The notes beneath the pieces are model-generated. The model saw only the letters and a program-made list of their open reading frames with translations. It ran no database searches and was not told where the DNA came from. DNA of 64,000 bases from a candidate division FCPU426 bacterium (GTDB lineage Bacteria > Oederibacteriota > Muellerivitia > Muellerivitales > Muellerivitaceae), in assembly GCA_963847625.1 (NCBI GenBank), contig CAWKAR010000057.1:1-64000 (forward strand), read 5' to 3'. Shown in pieces: positions 9,671 through 21,525 of this stretch. Both the position numbers and the translations under genes were made by a program. Positions within the stretch are counted from its first letter, which is position 1. Each line of letters starts with the position of its first letter.

Positions 9671-10085
9671 TGGGAATGTGGGCAGTTTATCCTCCTGCGT
9701 ACTGGATTCGCGGCCCTGTGTACTGGGAATGTGGGCAGTTTATCCTCCTGCGTACTGGGTTCGCGGCCCTGTGTACTGGGAATGTGGGCAGTTTATCCTC
9801 CTGCGTACTGGATTCGCGGCCCTGTGTACTGGGAATGTGGGCAGTTTATCCTCCTGCGTACTGGGTTCGCGGCCCTGTGTACTGGGAATGTGGGCAGTTT
9901 ATCCTCCTGCGTACTGGGTTCGCGGCCCTGTGTCCTGGGTTTGTGGGCGGTTTATCCTCCTGCGTACTGGGTTCGCGGCCCTGTGTACTGGGTTTGTGGG
10001 CAGTTTATCCTCCTGCGTACTAGGTTCGCGGCCCTGTGTACTGGGTTTGTGGGCAGTTTATCCTCCTGCGTACTGGGTTCGCGGT
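9671..10085. repeat. About eight near-identical 53-bp tandem repeats
   Basis: TGGGAATGTGGGCAGTTTATCCTCCTGCGTACTGG(G/A)TTCGCGGCCCTGTGTAC at a 53-bp period. Confidence 0.95.
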
Positions 10086-10172
10086 CACCGTGAACTGGGT
10101 TATCCCCCTTTTGAACTGGGTTAAGTCCCTGGAACTGGGTTATCGGCTAACGGGAACTAGGTTTCTGGCCCA

Positions 10173-10412
10173 TGCGGGCAGGACCCCCGACACCTGCGGG
10201 CAGGACTCCCAGCATCTGCGGGCAGGGCTACCGTCTTCTGCGGGCAGGACCCCCGGCCTCTGCGGGCAGAACCCCCGACGCCTGCGGGCAGGACTCTCGA
10301 CGCCTGCGGGCAGGACCCCCGGCCTCTGCGGGCATGGAACGGCTTATTCCGACAGGCGTTTACCAGAAAACCGACCCTGTTTACCAGAAATGCGGGGTTC
10401 GTTTACCAGAAA
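10173..10412. repeat. Eight 22-bp repeats (TGCGGGCAGGAC...) followed by three TTTACCAGAAA copies
   Basis: TGCGGGCA at 10173, 10195, ... 10327; TTTACCAGAAA at 10359, 10380 and 10402. Confidence 0.9.
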
Positions 10413-10601
10413 GTTAATAAAATAATTTCTCTCCCTAAAATTACAGGTTCTTGATGTAATAAATAGACAAAGCCAGCATCGTCAACATGATCACAATCGG
10501 CAAATATGCTCCACCCATGGTACACCTCCCCGTAAGATTTTTTTCCGGAACCATCCCGGTTTAAACCACTTCCCCGTACAACCCCGGACCAAAGCTCCCT
10601 G

Positions 10602-11204
10602 TTATTTGGCGGGTACTGCGGCTAACGCGTCCAACGCCAAATTGAGTTTTAATACGTTCACCCCCGGGTCCCCGATGAAACCCAACCAGCGGCCATCTGT
10701 GTTCCGGCGGATGAGTTCCTCCACCTTGTCCGGGTCCATCCCACGGGCCTTCGCCACGCGGGAGACTTGGTACTGGGCCCCGGCGGGACTGATGTGGGGG
10801 TCCAATCCCGATCCCGAGGCCGTCACCAGGTCCATGGGCACGGGAGCGTCCGTCCTGTCCGGATGGGCTTTCCTCAAGGCCTCCACCCTTCCCTTCACGG
10901 AATTGATGAAATCCGGGTTGGTGGGGCCCAGGTTGGAGCCGCTGGAGTTGGTGGCGTTGTAAGCGTATGGCGAGGTGGCGCTGGGCCGGCCCCAGAAATA
11001 TTTAACGTCATCGAAGGGCTGACCGATGAGTTCCGAACCAACCGTTTTACCGTTGAGAACTATCAAGCTTCCCCCCGCTTGCTTTGGGAAAAACACCTGT
11101 CCGAATAGGGTGACCACACTCGGATATATCAACCCCACCAGGACCGTGAAAACAACCACTGCCAATAGGGATATCCTTAATTGGACGCCGATTTCTTTGA
11201 ACAT
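10602..11204 (-). CDS. kdpC: K+-transporting ATPase subunit C
   Basis: [28 protein letters not shown] and [11 protein letters not shown] motifs. Confidence 0.97.
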   Translation of the reverse strand: MFKEIGVQLRISLLAVVVFTVLVGLIYPSVVTLFGQVFFPKQAGGSLIVLNGKTVGSELIGQPFDDVKYFWGRPSATSPYAYNATNSSGSNLGPTNPDFINSVKGRVEALRKAHPDRTDAPVPMDLVTASGSGLDPHISPAGAQYQVSRVAKARGMDPDKVEELIRRNTDGRWLGFIGDPGVNVLKLNLALDALAAVPAK

Positions 11205-11387
11205 GTATTCACCCCCAAAATTTCATATGTGTCATTGTGCCGATCTTCCATAAATAAATATTGAGATCGGTACTATGCCGACCTCCCTGAATATTTATTG
11301 AGGGTCGGTATGCGAGGAATATTCGCCGAATAGGCGAATGCAAATGACGAAGCAACCCAAGTTCTAAATTAAGCTTTTTCCAATCCT

Positions 11388-13460
<2,073 letters not shown>

Positions 13461-13475
13461 TTTTTGCTCCTTAAT

Positions 13476-15275
13476 TTAAAGATGTACCATCTTTAAATGT
13501 TCAACTATTGGTCCGAGAGCCAAAGCCGGGAAGAAGGTCAGGGCCCCCACGATGATGATGGTGGAAACCAGCAAAACAACAAAGAGAAGGGTATGGGTCG
13601 GAAGGGTTCCGGCGCTCGCCGGAACGCTTTTTTTCTTCGCCAGGCTTCCGGCGAGGGCCAAGGCCGGAATGGCCAGCCAGAAGCGGCCGAACCACATGGC
13701 CACCGCCCCCATCAGGTTGTAAAAGGGCGTGTTGCCGTTGATCCCCGCGAAGGCGCTCCCGTTATTGGCCACTTGGGAGGTAAAGGCGTAAAGAATCTCG
13801 CTGAAGCCGTGCGAGCCGGGATTGGAGGGCCCCGCCTTGCCCGCGCCGGTGATCACCCCGATGGCGGTCAGGGTCAGGATCACCATGGGCGGGATGAGGA
13901 TGATGAGGGAGGCCATTTTCATCTCATAGGCCTGGATTTTCTTGCCCAGGTACTCGGGGGTGCGGCCCACCATCAGCCCCGCCACGAAGACGGCCACGAT
14001 GACGAAGACCAGCATGACGTAAAACCCCGACCCGACCCCGCCGAACACCACTTCCCCCAGCATGAGCATCCAAAGGGGCACGAATCCGCCGAGCGGCGTG
14101 AAGGAATCGTGCATGGAATTCACGGCGCCGCAGGAAGTGCCTGTGGTGGCCGTGGCCCAGAAGGCGGAGTTCCCGACGCCGAAGCGGACTTCTTTCCCTT
14201 CCATGTTGCCGTCGTTGAGTCTTTCACCGTGCGAGCCTGCCGTCAGCTTGGACAGGGCCGGGTTCCCGGACTGCTCCGAGTGGACGCAGAGGTAAACCAT
14301 GGGCAGGAACAACACCAGCATGGCGAAAAGCACGGCCCATCCCTGCCTGCGGTCACCCGCCATCACCCCGAAGGTGTAGCAGAGGGACGCGGCGATGGCC
14401 AATAAGCCCAAAACTTCCAATAAGTTCGTCAGGGGTGTCGGGTTCTCGAAAGGATGCGCCGAATTGGAATTGAAAAAACCGCCGCCGTTGGTTCCCAATT
14501 GCTTGATGGCGATTTGGGAGGCCACCGGCCCCAGGGCGATGCTTTGCTCGGTGACCGCCACATGGGTGGTTTGGGCCTTGCCGGCCAAGGTGACTGGTTG
14601 TCCCTGGGCGTTGGTGACCGGCTGGTCGTAAGACGTCGGTTGGACCAGTGTGGCCGTGGGATACTTGGCGAAGGTCTGGGGCGTCCCCTGCTGGATCAAG
14701 GCCAGCGCCATCACGAAACTGAGCGGAAGGAGGATATAGAGGGTGGTCCGGGTCATATCCACCCAGAAATTCCCGAGCTTGTTGGTTTGCTTGCGGGTAA
14801 AACCCCGGAAGAAGGCTGCCAGGGTGGCCATCCCGCTGGCCGCCGAAAGGAAGTTATGGACCGCCAGGCCCGCCATTTGGGTGAAATAACTCAGGGTGGA
14901 CTCGCCGCCGTAGTTCTGCCAGTTGGTGTTGGTGATGAAGCTGATGGCGGTGTTGAAGGCCAGGTCCGGCGGGACGGGGCTTTGCCCCGCCGGGTTGAAG
15001 GGAAGGCGCTGTTGGACGCGCATGATGATATAGAGGATGGCGCCCCCCACGATGTTGAAGAGAAGCATGGCAAGGGCGTAACTCTTCCAGTTCATTTCCA
15101 CATCCAGCTTAATCCCGCAAAGGCGGTAGACCAGCCGCTCCAGCCATCCCAGCCACTTGTCGAGGAAGAAAGGTTTGTTCCCGTAAACCCTGGCCATGTA
15201 CAGGCCCAGGGGTTTTACCAGGGCCAACAAGACAATCATGTAAAACAATATTTGAGCCCATTGATTTGCCGTCAT
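13476..15275 (-). CDS. kdpA: K+-transporting ATPase subunit A
   Basis: NTNWQNYGGE, KQLGTNGGGFF, NNGSAFAG and LALGPIVEH motifs. Confidence 0.98.
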   Translation of the reverse strand: MTANQWAQILFYMIVLLALVKPLGLYMARVYGNKPFFLDKWLGWLERLVYRLCGIKLDVEMNWKSYALAMLLFNIVGGAILYIIMRVQQRLPFNPAGQSPVPPDLAFNTAISFITNTNWQNYGGESTLSYFTQMAGLAVHNFLSAASGMATLAAFFRGFTRKQTNKLGNFWVDMTRTTLYILLPLSFVMALALIQQGTPQTFAKYPTATLVQPTSYDQPVTNAQGQPVTLAGKAQTTHVAVTEQSIALGPVASQIAIKQLGTNGGGFFNSNSAHPFENPTPLTNLLEVLGLLAIAASLCYTFGVMAGDRRQGWAVLFAMLVLFLPMVYLCVHSEQSGNPALSKLTAGSHGERLNDGNMEGKEVRFGVGNSAFWATATTGTSCGAVNSMHDSFTPLGGFVPLWMLMLGEVVFGGVGSGFYVMLVFVIVAVFVAGLMVGRTPEYLGKKIQAYEMKMASLIILIPPMVILTLTAIGVITGAGKAGPSNPGSHGFSEILYAFTSQVANNGSAFAGINGNTPFYNLMGAVAMWFGRFWLAIPALALAGSLAKKKSVPASAGTLPTHTLLFVVLLVSTIIIVGALTFFPALALGPIVEHLKMVHL

Positions 15276-15285
15276 TTAAAACTCC

Positions 15286-15375
15286 TCAAAACCATTCCGG
15301 TTTCAACAATGCCATGACCAGGTAAACCAACAGCCCGGCTGCTACCAGGCCGCTGATGAGATAGATCGCGGTCAT
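15286..15375 (-). CDS. kdpF: KdpF peptide (MTAIYLISGLVAAGLLVYLVMALLKPEWF)
   Basis: Manually translated 29-aa hydrophobic peptide with YLxxALLKPExF, directly upstream of kdpA. Confidence 0.9.
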   Translation of the reverse strand: MTAIYLISGLVAAGLLVYLVMALLKPEWF

Positions 15376-15470
15376 GATTCCTCTCCCATCATCTTGTCCA
15401 AGGCGCTGATCAGCCAGATAGTCGAAGCCGACAACGCCAGGAAAATCCCGACGCAATAAAGTTCCAGCAT
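15372..15470 (-). CDS. 32-aa hydrophobic peptide upstream of kdpF
   Basis: GGAGG RBS, ATGA overlap with kdpF, single transmembrane-like segment. Confidence 0.65.
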   Translation of the reverse strand: MLELYCVGIFLALSASTIWLISALDKMMGEES

Positions 15471-15486
15471 GGTCCCCTCCGTGAAA

Positions 15487-15687
15487 TCAATAGTGAACTC
15501 TTCCGGCCAGGCGGCCCTTCTTGTCCAAACTCAGGGCCCGGCTGGTGTGCTTTTCGGGGTCCTCTTCCTCATCTTCTTGATCCCGGTTCCCGGTTTGCTT
15601 GAGTGCGGTTATAACGTAACCCCCCAGGAGGCAAACCGCCCCGAAGATGACCGGGCTTAATAGAAATAAAACCCTTTCCGTAACCAT
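15487..15687 (-). CDS. Small membrane protein, likely first gene of the kdp operon
   Basis: GGAGG RBS, N-terminal TM helix, acidic tail. Confidence 0.55.
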   Translation of the reverse strand: MVTERVLFLLSPVIFGAVCLLGGYVITALKQTGNRDQEDEEEDPEKHTSRALSLDKKGRLAGRVHY

Positions 15688-16178
15688 GGCACCCTCCCCC
15701 GCCGGGGGCGGCCAATGAGAACCCCTCGGCGTCCTTGTTTCCTTCTACAAGCAAAAGATACGGCTAAAGGGGATTAGGATTCCGTTAAGAGGGGACACCA
15801 AGTTATATGGAAATAATTAAAATGAAGGGAATTTCAACAAGGTAATTGGTGTGATAAGCCCCTGGCGGATTTGAGTTCTGACGGTTTTTACTTGGAAGGA
15901 TTTGCGTTAGATAGTGGAAGAAGCAGGTCCGCTAAGGATCTTCACGGAAGAAATCGGGGGGGACATCAAGGGAAGAAAAACATCATTCGGCGAACAAGAG
16001 GTTTTGAATTTTCTATTTTCAGGCACGGCTCCTATCTCTAAAGTGTTAAGTGTGCACTTCTTTTCGCTGCGGTGCGAAGAGTCTGACCCCTTTTTTTACA
16101 ATGATCCAAAAATCCTTTATTGACTTCCGTTTTTCAAACCTGTTAGCATTTGTACCAATCAAAGTCGATGGGAGACTT

Positions 16179-17045
16179 ATGCTCTACCGGGCGTATCAAA
16201 AGATGATTTATCCTGAAGGCGCTTTCCTGCCGGCGCGAAAATCTTTCCTCTGGTTTTTGATGACGTGTTTGTTGAGTTCGCCTTTTTTCACGGTAACTCC
16301 CTCGGTGGCCCAAAACATCTCTCAAGGCCTCTTGGTCTCGGTCTCCGGTGCGGTGACGGTTCGGGGCCCGGGAAACCAACCAGGCCGTGCCGCCCAAAAA
16401 GGAACTTTAGTTGCCGAAGGAGAAAGGGTCCTCACCTCCGGAAATGCCTCGGCCACCCTGAAGTTTTTCGACGGTTCCCATGTGATCCTCGGCCCGAACA
16501 CCGCTTTTTCAATCAGCCGGCTCCGGAAACTTTCAAGCCTGGACAAGATCCTCCGGTTCAAATTGGCCCTGGGCAAGATATTGGCCGAAGTCGCCAAGCT
16601 GGGTTCGAGTAAAGCATCCTTCGAGATCGAGGCGGGGGGCGTAGTTTGCGGCGTGCGGGGCACGAAATTTTCCATGGATTATGATCCCGGCTCCGGAAAA
16701 CTGGACTTAAGGGTGTCGGAGGGAAGCGTTTACGCCAAAGCGGGAAAAACGCGCCGGGTATTGAATGCGGGTGAGGGACTCCGGTTCATCAAGGGTAAAC
16801 CCGGCGAAGTCTCGAAACCGCCGGGAACCGCCGCCGGCGGTTCTAAAAGCGGGGATCAAACGCCGTCGGGTTTCGCCGATCCGGTCTTCGTGGACCTTCA
16901 CAACCAGTTCGATGGCGGCGTTCTGGCCTACCACGGCAACACCCTGGACGACCCGCAGGCCTTTGGGCTCCAATACCGGATTTTCACTGTTAACGGGGTA
17001 CCCATGCCCGGCAGACGTCACGGCGTCATCCACGCAATGCCATGA
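16179..17045 (+). CDS. FecR-domain secreted protein
   Basis: FFDGSHVILGPNT and GVVCGVRGTKF FecR motifs; start position uncertain. Confidence 0.8.
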   Translation: MLYRAYQKMIYPEGAFLPARKSFLWFLMTCLLSSPFFTVTPSVAQNISQGLLVSVSGAVTVRGPGNQPGRAAQKGTLVAEGERVLTSGNASATLKFFDGSHVILGPNTAFSISRLRKLSSLDKILRFKLALGKILAEVAKLGSSKASFEIEAGGVVCGVRGTKFSMDYDPGSGKLDLRVSEGSVYAKAGKTRRVLNAGEGLRFIKGKPGEVSKPPGTAAGGSKSGDQTPSGFADPVFVDLHNQFDGGVLAYHGNTLDDPQAFGLQYRIFTVNGVPMPGRRHGVIHAMP

Positions 17046-18208
17046 AAAACCATTCCCTCCTCCCCAAGCTGTTTTTCGCCCTGCTGTTTTTCGCGGGCCT
17101 GGGGCCGGCCCGTGCCGATTACAGGGGGATGGTCACTTTCGGCCCCGATTACAGCGGGTGGAACGCGGTCAATTCCATCGGGCCCTACAGCGGCTTTGAT
17201 GTGCTGATGCCCTTGAGCGCCAGCTACGCCCCTAACTCCGATTGGAACCTTTACGGACAAACCGCCTATGCCGTGGGCCAATATACCGACTCGCTGTTCG
17301 GGGCCGAAACCCTGGATTTGTCTAACTTGACGGCGACGACACTGGGGAGCCAGCTGTGTTTCAAAACCTTCGGAGTCTCCTCCATGGCCGAGTTGGACCT
17401 GACTATTCCCACGGGCGACCCCACCTGGGAAACGAAGGAGATTCCCTCCAGCGTGCCCTCGATCTTCATCAACAGCCGCTATCAGGACGAAGGCTGGGGC
17501 GTCGGCGGCCTATACGCACTTTCCTTTCCGGCTGGAAAGTCCGTCAAATTCGGAGTGGCGCTGGGTTATAACTATTCGGGCACCTACAATCCCAATTACG
17601 GCCCCCTGGCGGACATCCCCTTCAAGATCGGCGACTGTTTTTTCCTGGCCCTCAACCGGATTGAGTCCTTCCCCAACCATCAGTCCAGCACTTTCCGTTT
17701 TTCGGCCATGGCCTACGAACCCACCCTGGAAAACGGCTTGACCGATTTCCAACTGGGGCCCAACTTCACCGCTTCCTATTCCTTTTACAACCCGGCAGGG
17801 TTTTCCTGGGAAATCGGCGGCCTGGTTTACACCCTGGCCCAGCGCTATTACCCCTCGGCCGGGACGATGGTTTACGGGTTTGAGCCCTACGGGTCTTCAG
17901 GCCAGGAGTTTAACGTAGCTCCCTCCTATGCCTTTGGGAACTTCTCCATTGGGGGCCTGGTCAAGTACGTCTTGGCCAACGGCTATCCCCTTTGGGACGC
18001 TTCCGGGCTTTACAGTGGCGGCGGATGGCTGTTCGGGCTGAACCCGGGCTATTTCGTCCCCTTGGACCGGGGATCGGCCTTGAATTTCTCCGGGGGGTTC
18101 GATTACGTCATCGCCCACAACGCCGCTTACTATCCCGCCCTGGACGAACCGGTGGACTTGCGCTACCTCTTTTGGACCTTGAATGCCCTTTACGAATTCA
18201 AAATTTAA
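17042..18208 (+). CDS. Secreted hypothetical protein, probable outer-membrane beta-barrel
   Basis: Signal peptide, aromatic/Gly-rich alternating strands, C-terminal LYEFKI. Confidence 0.55.
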   Translation: MKNHSLLPKLFFALLFFAGLGPARADYRGMVTFGPDYSGWNAVNSIGPYSGFDVLMPLSASYAPNSDWNLYGQTAYAVGQYTDSLFGAETLDLSNLTATTLGSQLCFKTFGVSSMAELDLTIPTGDPTWETKEIPSSVPSIFINSRYQDEGWGVGGLYALSFPAGKSVKFGVALGYNYSGTYNPNYGPLADIPFKIGDCFFLALNRIESFPNHQSSTFRFSAMAYEPTLENGLTDFQLGPNFTASYSFYNPAGFSWEIGGLVYTLAQRYYPSAGTMVYGFEPYGSSGQEFNVAPSYAFGNFSIGGLVKYVLANGYPLWDASGLYSGGGWLFGLNPGYFVPLDRGSALNFSGGFDYVIAHNAAYYPALDEPVDLRYLFWTLNALYEFKI

Positions 18209-18217
18209 CCGGGTTTC

Positions 18218-20773
18218 GTGAACCCTCTTTCCTCCCGGGCCCGCGTTGCCGCCGCCATCCTTTTCTTTTTCTCCGGCGCCACCAGTCTCTTATATGAAGT
18301 TATCTGGACCCGCCAATTCCAGTTGATCCTGGGGGCGACCACCTATTCGGCAGGGGTGGTTTTGGCCGCCTATATGGCGGGCTTGTTTTTGGGAAGCCGG
18401 TGGGGCGGGCGTTGGTCCCGGTTCCGTCATCCCCTCCAGGTTTACGGGGCGCTGGAACTGGGCATCGGGCTCTACGCGCTTCTTCTCTCCCGTGGTTTTC
18501 ACCTGGTGGACCCTGGGTTCCTGTTCCTGGAAACCCATTGGCCTCTATCCCATTCCCTTTTCATCCTTCCCCGGTTCCTGGGTTCCCTGGCGCTTTTGAT
18601 CCTGCCCACCATCCTCATGGGGGCCACCCTGCCCTGCCTCTCGAACCTCGTGGACGGTCCCGAACCAGCCGGCAAGTCCTTCGCCGGGGGCCTTTACGCC
18701 GTGAATACCGCAGGCGCGGTAGCGGGCGCGGTGGCGGCGGGTTACTGGCTTCTTCCCGCTTTCGGGCAGTGGGCGGCAACCCTGCTTGCGGTCCTGGTCA
18801 ACGCCGTCTTGGGCTTGGCGGCTTGGACCTTGGGAAAACTTTTTTCCGGCGAAGGTTCCCTGGAACCAGACGATAGGCTCCCTGAACCATCCGGTCCCTG
18901 GGAAGCGGCAGTCACGGCGGTATTGGCCGTGGCCTGCCTGTCGGGGATTGCGGCCATGATGGACGAAGTGGGCTATAACCGGATCCTTTCGATGATCCTG
19001 GGCGGCTCGGTCTACGCCTTCAGCGCCATGCTGGCCTCCTTTCTAGCGGGCTTGAGCGCCGGCGCCTATGTCTTTTCCCGCTCCCCCCTATCCGGTGCTT
19101 CCGCCGCGCGAAGGTTGGCCTTCCTCCAGGCGCTCCTGGGGGCCATCGTGCTCGGCACCGGTTACGGCTTCGACCGCCTCTGGATTATTTTCATGGGTTT
19201 GGCCCAGCTCACCGGCCGTTTCGGGCTGGACCTGAACCAGTGGCAGAAGGCCATCCAATTCCTCCTGGCCTTCGGGGTACTTTTTCCGACGGCTTTCCTG
19301 GCGGGTTCCCTCTTTCCCCTGGCGTTGAAATCCCACCCCTGGTTCTCCCGCGACCCGGGGGAAAAGGTGGGCCTGGTTTACGCCGCCAATACCCTGGGGG
19401 CCATCGTGGGTTCCCTCCTCGCGGCCTTCTTCTTGATACCCCTAGTGGGTGTGCGGGAAACCCTGGAAGCGGCCGCGTGCCTGAACTTCCTCGCGGCGGG
19501 CTTTCTTCTTTATTCCCAGCGTGTCCCCTCTTTCTCCAGGATGGTTTGGCCCGCTATGGCCATCTTGGCCCTAGTCTTGCCCCCGGCCCTGTGGGCCCTC
19601 CTGCCCGCCTGGAACACCCACAACCTGGCGGTCGGGCCTTTCTTCCAAGCCATCACCGCCTGGAATGACTATATTCCCGGGTACCGCCAAAGGCTGGCCG
19701 ACTCGAAACTTCTTTATTACCGGGAAGGGCTTGTCACCACCGTCACCGTGGAAAAAGCCGTTAAACTTGACGTCCTGGTCCTTTCCAACAACGGCAAGGT
19801 CGAGGCCTCCTCGGTGGGAGACCTTCCCACCGAGCAATTGGCCGCCCACCTGCCGCTGATCTGGCGGGAAAGCTCCCTAAAAAAACCTGCGGACCGCGTG
19901 GCCGTCATCGGGCTGGCCAGCGGCATCACGCCCGGGACCGCCCTCCAGCATGACCTGGGCTCCCTGGACGTGGTCGAGTTGGAGCCCTTCATGCCCCAGG
20001 CCGCCGCCCTATTCAATGATTTCAACTTCAACGTGCTCAACGACCCCAAATTCCATTTCATTCCCGACGACGCCCGGCATTATTTCCGGGTCACCCCCAA
20101 AAAATACGACGTCATCATTTCCGAGCCCAGCAATCCCTGGCTTTCGGGCGTCTCCAACCTTTTCACCCGGGAATGCTTTGAGATCGGCAGAAGGGCCCTG
20201 GCCCCGGAAGGAGTCTATTGTCAATGGCTCCAGGTTTACGCCATGAGGACCAGTGATGTGAAAGCCGTCTGCCGGACCTTCTCGTCGGTTTTCCCTTACG
20301 TCTATGTATTCGGGGTGCCGCCCCGCCCCGGGGAGGAGAACCCCGTCCCGGACCTGTTCTTGTTGGGTTCGATGGGCGAGCTCAAGCCGGACATCCCTTA
20401 TATGGAGAAGATCCTGCGGGAGGGGAGGCTGAAGGCGGCCTTGGGGCGTGTCAGGTTGGAGGAGGCGGGGGATTTGGTGGCATTACTTCGGATGGGGCCG
20501 GCTGAGACGCGCGACTTCTGCGCCGGGGCACCCTGGAACACCGACGACAACGGGCTCGTCGAATTCTCGGCGCCCCTGCATCTTTACGACGGCGATTGCT
20601 ATGTATCCAACATGATGAATATCCGAAACTACCAGCCGGACCCGGCTGATTACGTGGAAGCGGGGAACAACCAGGCACTCAGAAGGCTCCTGCTTCGCGT
20701 CTCCAGGGACCTTCAGGATTATTGGGGGAGCGATTTCGCGGCTGATTTAAAGAAAGAGGCTGAGAGGCTTTAA
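18218..20773 (+). CDS. Fused MFS-like membrane / spermidine-synthase-like protein
   Basis: FFSGATSLLYEVIW and YAANTLGAIVG TM repeats; IGLASGIT, VVELEP and YDVIISEPSNPW motifs. Confidence 0.88.
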   Translation: MNPLSSRARVAAAILFFFSGATSLLYEVIWTRQFQLILGATTYSAGVVLAAYMAGLFLGSRWGGRWSRFRHPLQVYGALELGIGLYALLLSRGFHLVDPGFLFLETHWPLSHSLFILPRFLGSLALLILPTILMGATLPCLSNLVDGPEPAGKSFAGGLYAVNTAGAVAGAVAAGYWLLPAFGQWAATLLAVLVNAVLGLAAWTLGKLFSGEGSLEPDDRLPEPSGPWEAAVTAVLAVACLSGIAAMMDEVGYNRILSMILGGSVYAFSAMLASFLAGLSAGAYVFSRSPLSGASAARRLAFLQALLGAIVLGTGYGFDRLWIIFMGLAQLTGRFGLDLNQWQKAIQFLLAFGVLFPTAFLAGSLFPLALKSHPWFSRDPGEKVGLVYAANTLGAIVGSLLAAFFLIPLVGVRETLEAAACLNFLAAGFLLYSQRVPSFSRMVWPAMAILALVLPPALWALLPAWNTHNLAVGPFFQAITAWNDYIPGYRQRLADSKLLYYREGLVTTVTVEKAVKLDVLVLSNNGKVEASSVGDLPTEQLAAHLPLIWRESSLKKPADRVAVIGLASGITPGTALQHDLGSLDVVELEPFMPQAAALFNDFNFNVLNDPKFHFIPDDARHYFRVTPKKYDVIISEPSNPWLSGVSNLFTRECFEIGRRALAPEGVYCQWLQVYAMRTSDVKAVCRTFSSVFPYVYVFGVPPRPGEENPVPDLFLLGSMGELKPDIPYMEKILREGRLKAALGRVRLEEAGDLVALLRMGPAETRDFCAGAPWNTDDNGLVEFSAPLHLYDGDCYVSNMMNIRNYQPDPADYVEAGNNQALRRLLLRVSRDLQDYWGSDFAADLKKEAERL

Positions 20774-20818
20774 CCGGGATTAGATCCGGTTAAAGCCTCT
20801 TTCGGTTCAAAAGCCTTT

Positions 20819-21280
20819 TTATTGATGGGCCGAGGGTACCCCTTTGTCGTTTCCGGGCCCGGCCTCCGATTTTATAAAGCCGTTGGATTTATCGAAGCGG
20901 GTTTCACCCTTGATAAACGCGTTATTATCGTTGGTCTTGGAATACTTGAGGTAATTGCTGTCCTTTAAGAACCCTCCCTTGGAATTCTTCAGGAAGGCGC
21001 TGGTCTTTGGGGATTTTCTTCTCAGTTTCCTCGACACTTGGCTTTTGTCGTGGGCGGAAAAATTCTTAACGCCCTTTAATGACTTACTGTCCCCTCCGCC
21101 CGTTCCCGGGGGAAGCGGCTGGGGGTTCAACATCGTGTGTTTGCCCTTCGTGCCTTTATGATGTTTTGACGGCGTCTTTGGACCCGTTGCCGTTGTTGCA
21201 TTTGAATTCGCGTCGGCCAGAGCCAACCCCGTTCCTGCTAAAAACAGCAAACCCGCTAGTATCGCAATCATACGTTTCAT
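20819..21280 (-). CDS. Small secreted low-complexity protein with LNPQPLPP and repeated (F/Y)(L/I)K motifs
   Basis: Signal peptide shared with the 21526 and 37609 paralogs; GGAGG RBS. Confidence 0.75.
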   Translation of the reverse strand: MKRMIAILAGLLFLAGTGLALADANSNATTATGPKTPSKHHKGTKGKHTMLNPQPLPPGTGGGDSKSLKGVKNFSAHDKSQVSRKLRRKSPKTSAFLKNSKGGFLKDSNYLKYSKTNDNNAFIKGETRFDKSNGFIKSEAGPGNDKGVPSAHQ

Positions 21281-21459
21281 GAATATTGCCTCCTCTTTTT
21301 TGTCTGCATCGGTTTTTTCCCGCCACCATTAAGGTGAGAGGACCGATGAAAAGCTGCTTAATCATAGAGGATACAATATTCATTAAAGCTTTTGCACGAA
21401 AATTCACCCCCTGAAAATGAAGAATTTTGGTTTGAATGACGTTTCCCCAACCATTAATA

Positions 21460-21488
21460 AAAAAGGCGTCCCCTATGAGGGGACGCCT
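21460..21488 (-). terminator. Intrinsic terminator; a near-identical copy lies at about 37532-37561
   Basis: GGCGTCCCCT-loop-AGGGGACGCC followed by a T tract on the minus strand. Confidence 0.8.
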
Positions 21489-21525
21489 GAAATTTTGACG
21501 GCTCGGTTTTTATCTGGAGTATTGG

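Noticed and set aside
9671..10085. CRISPR array
   Set aside because: Units are contiguous near-identical repeats without unique spacers, and no cas genes are in the window.
9504..10425. ORFs spanning the tandem repeats
   Set aside because: The same peptide appears in all three frames because of the 53-bp period; there is no coding signal.
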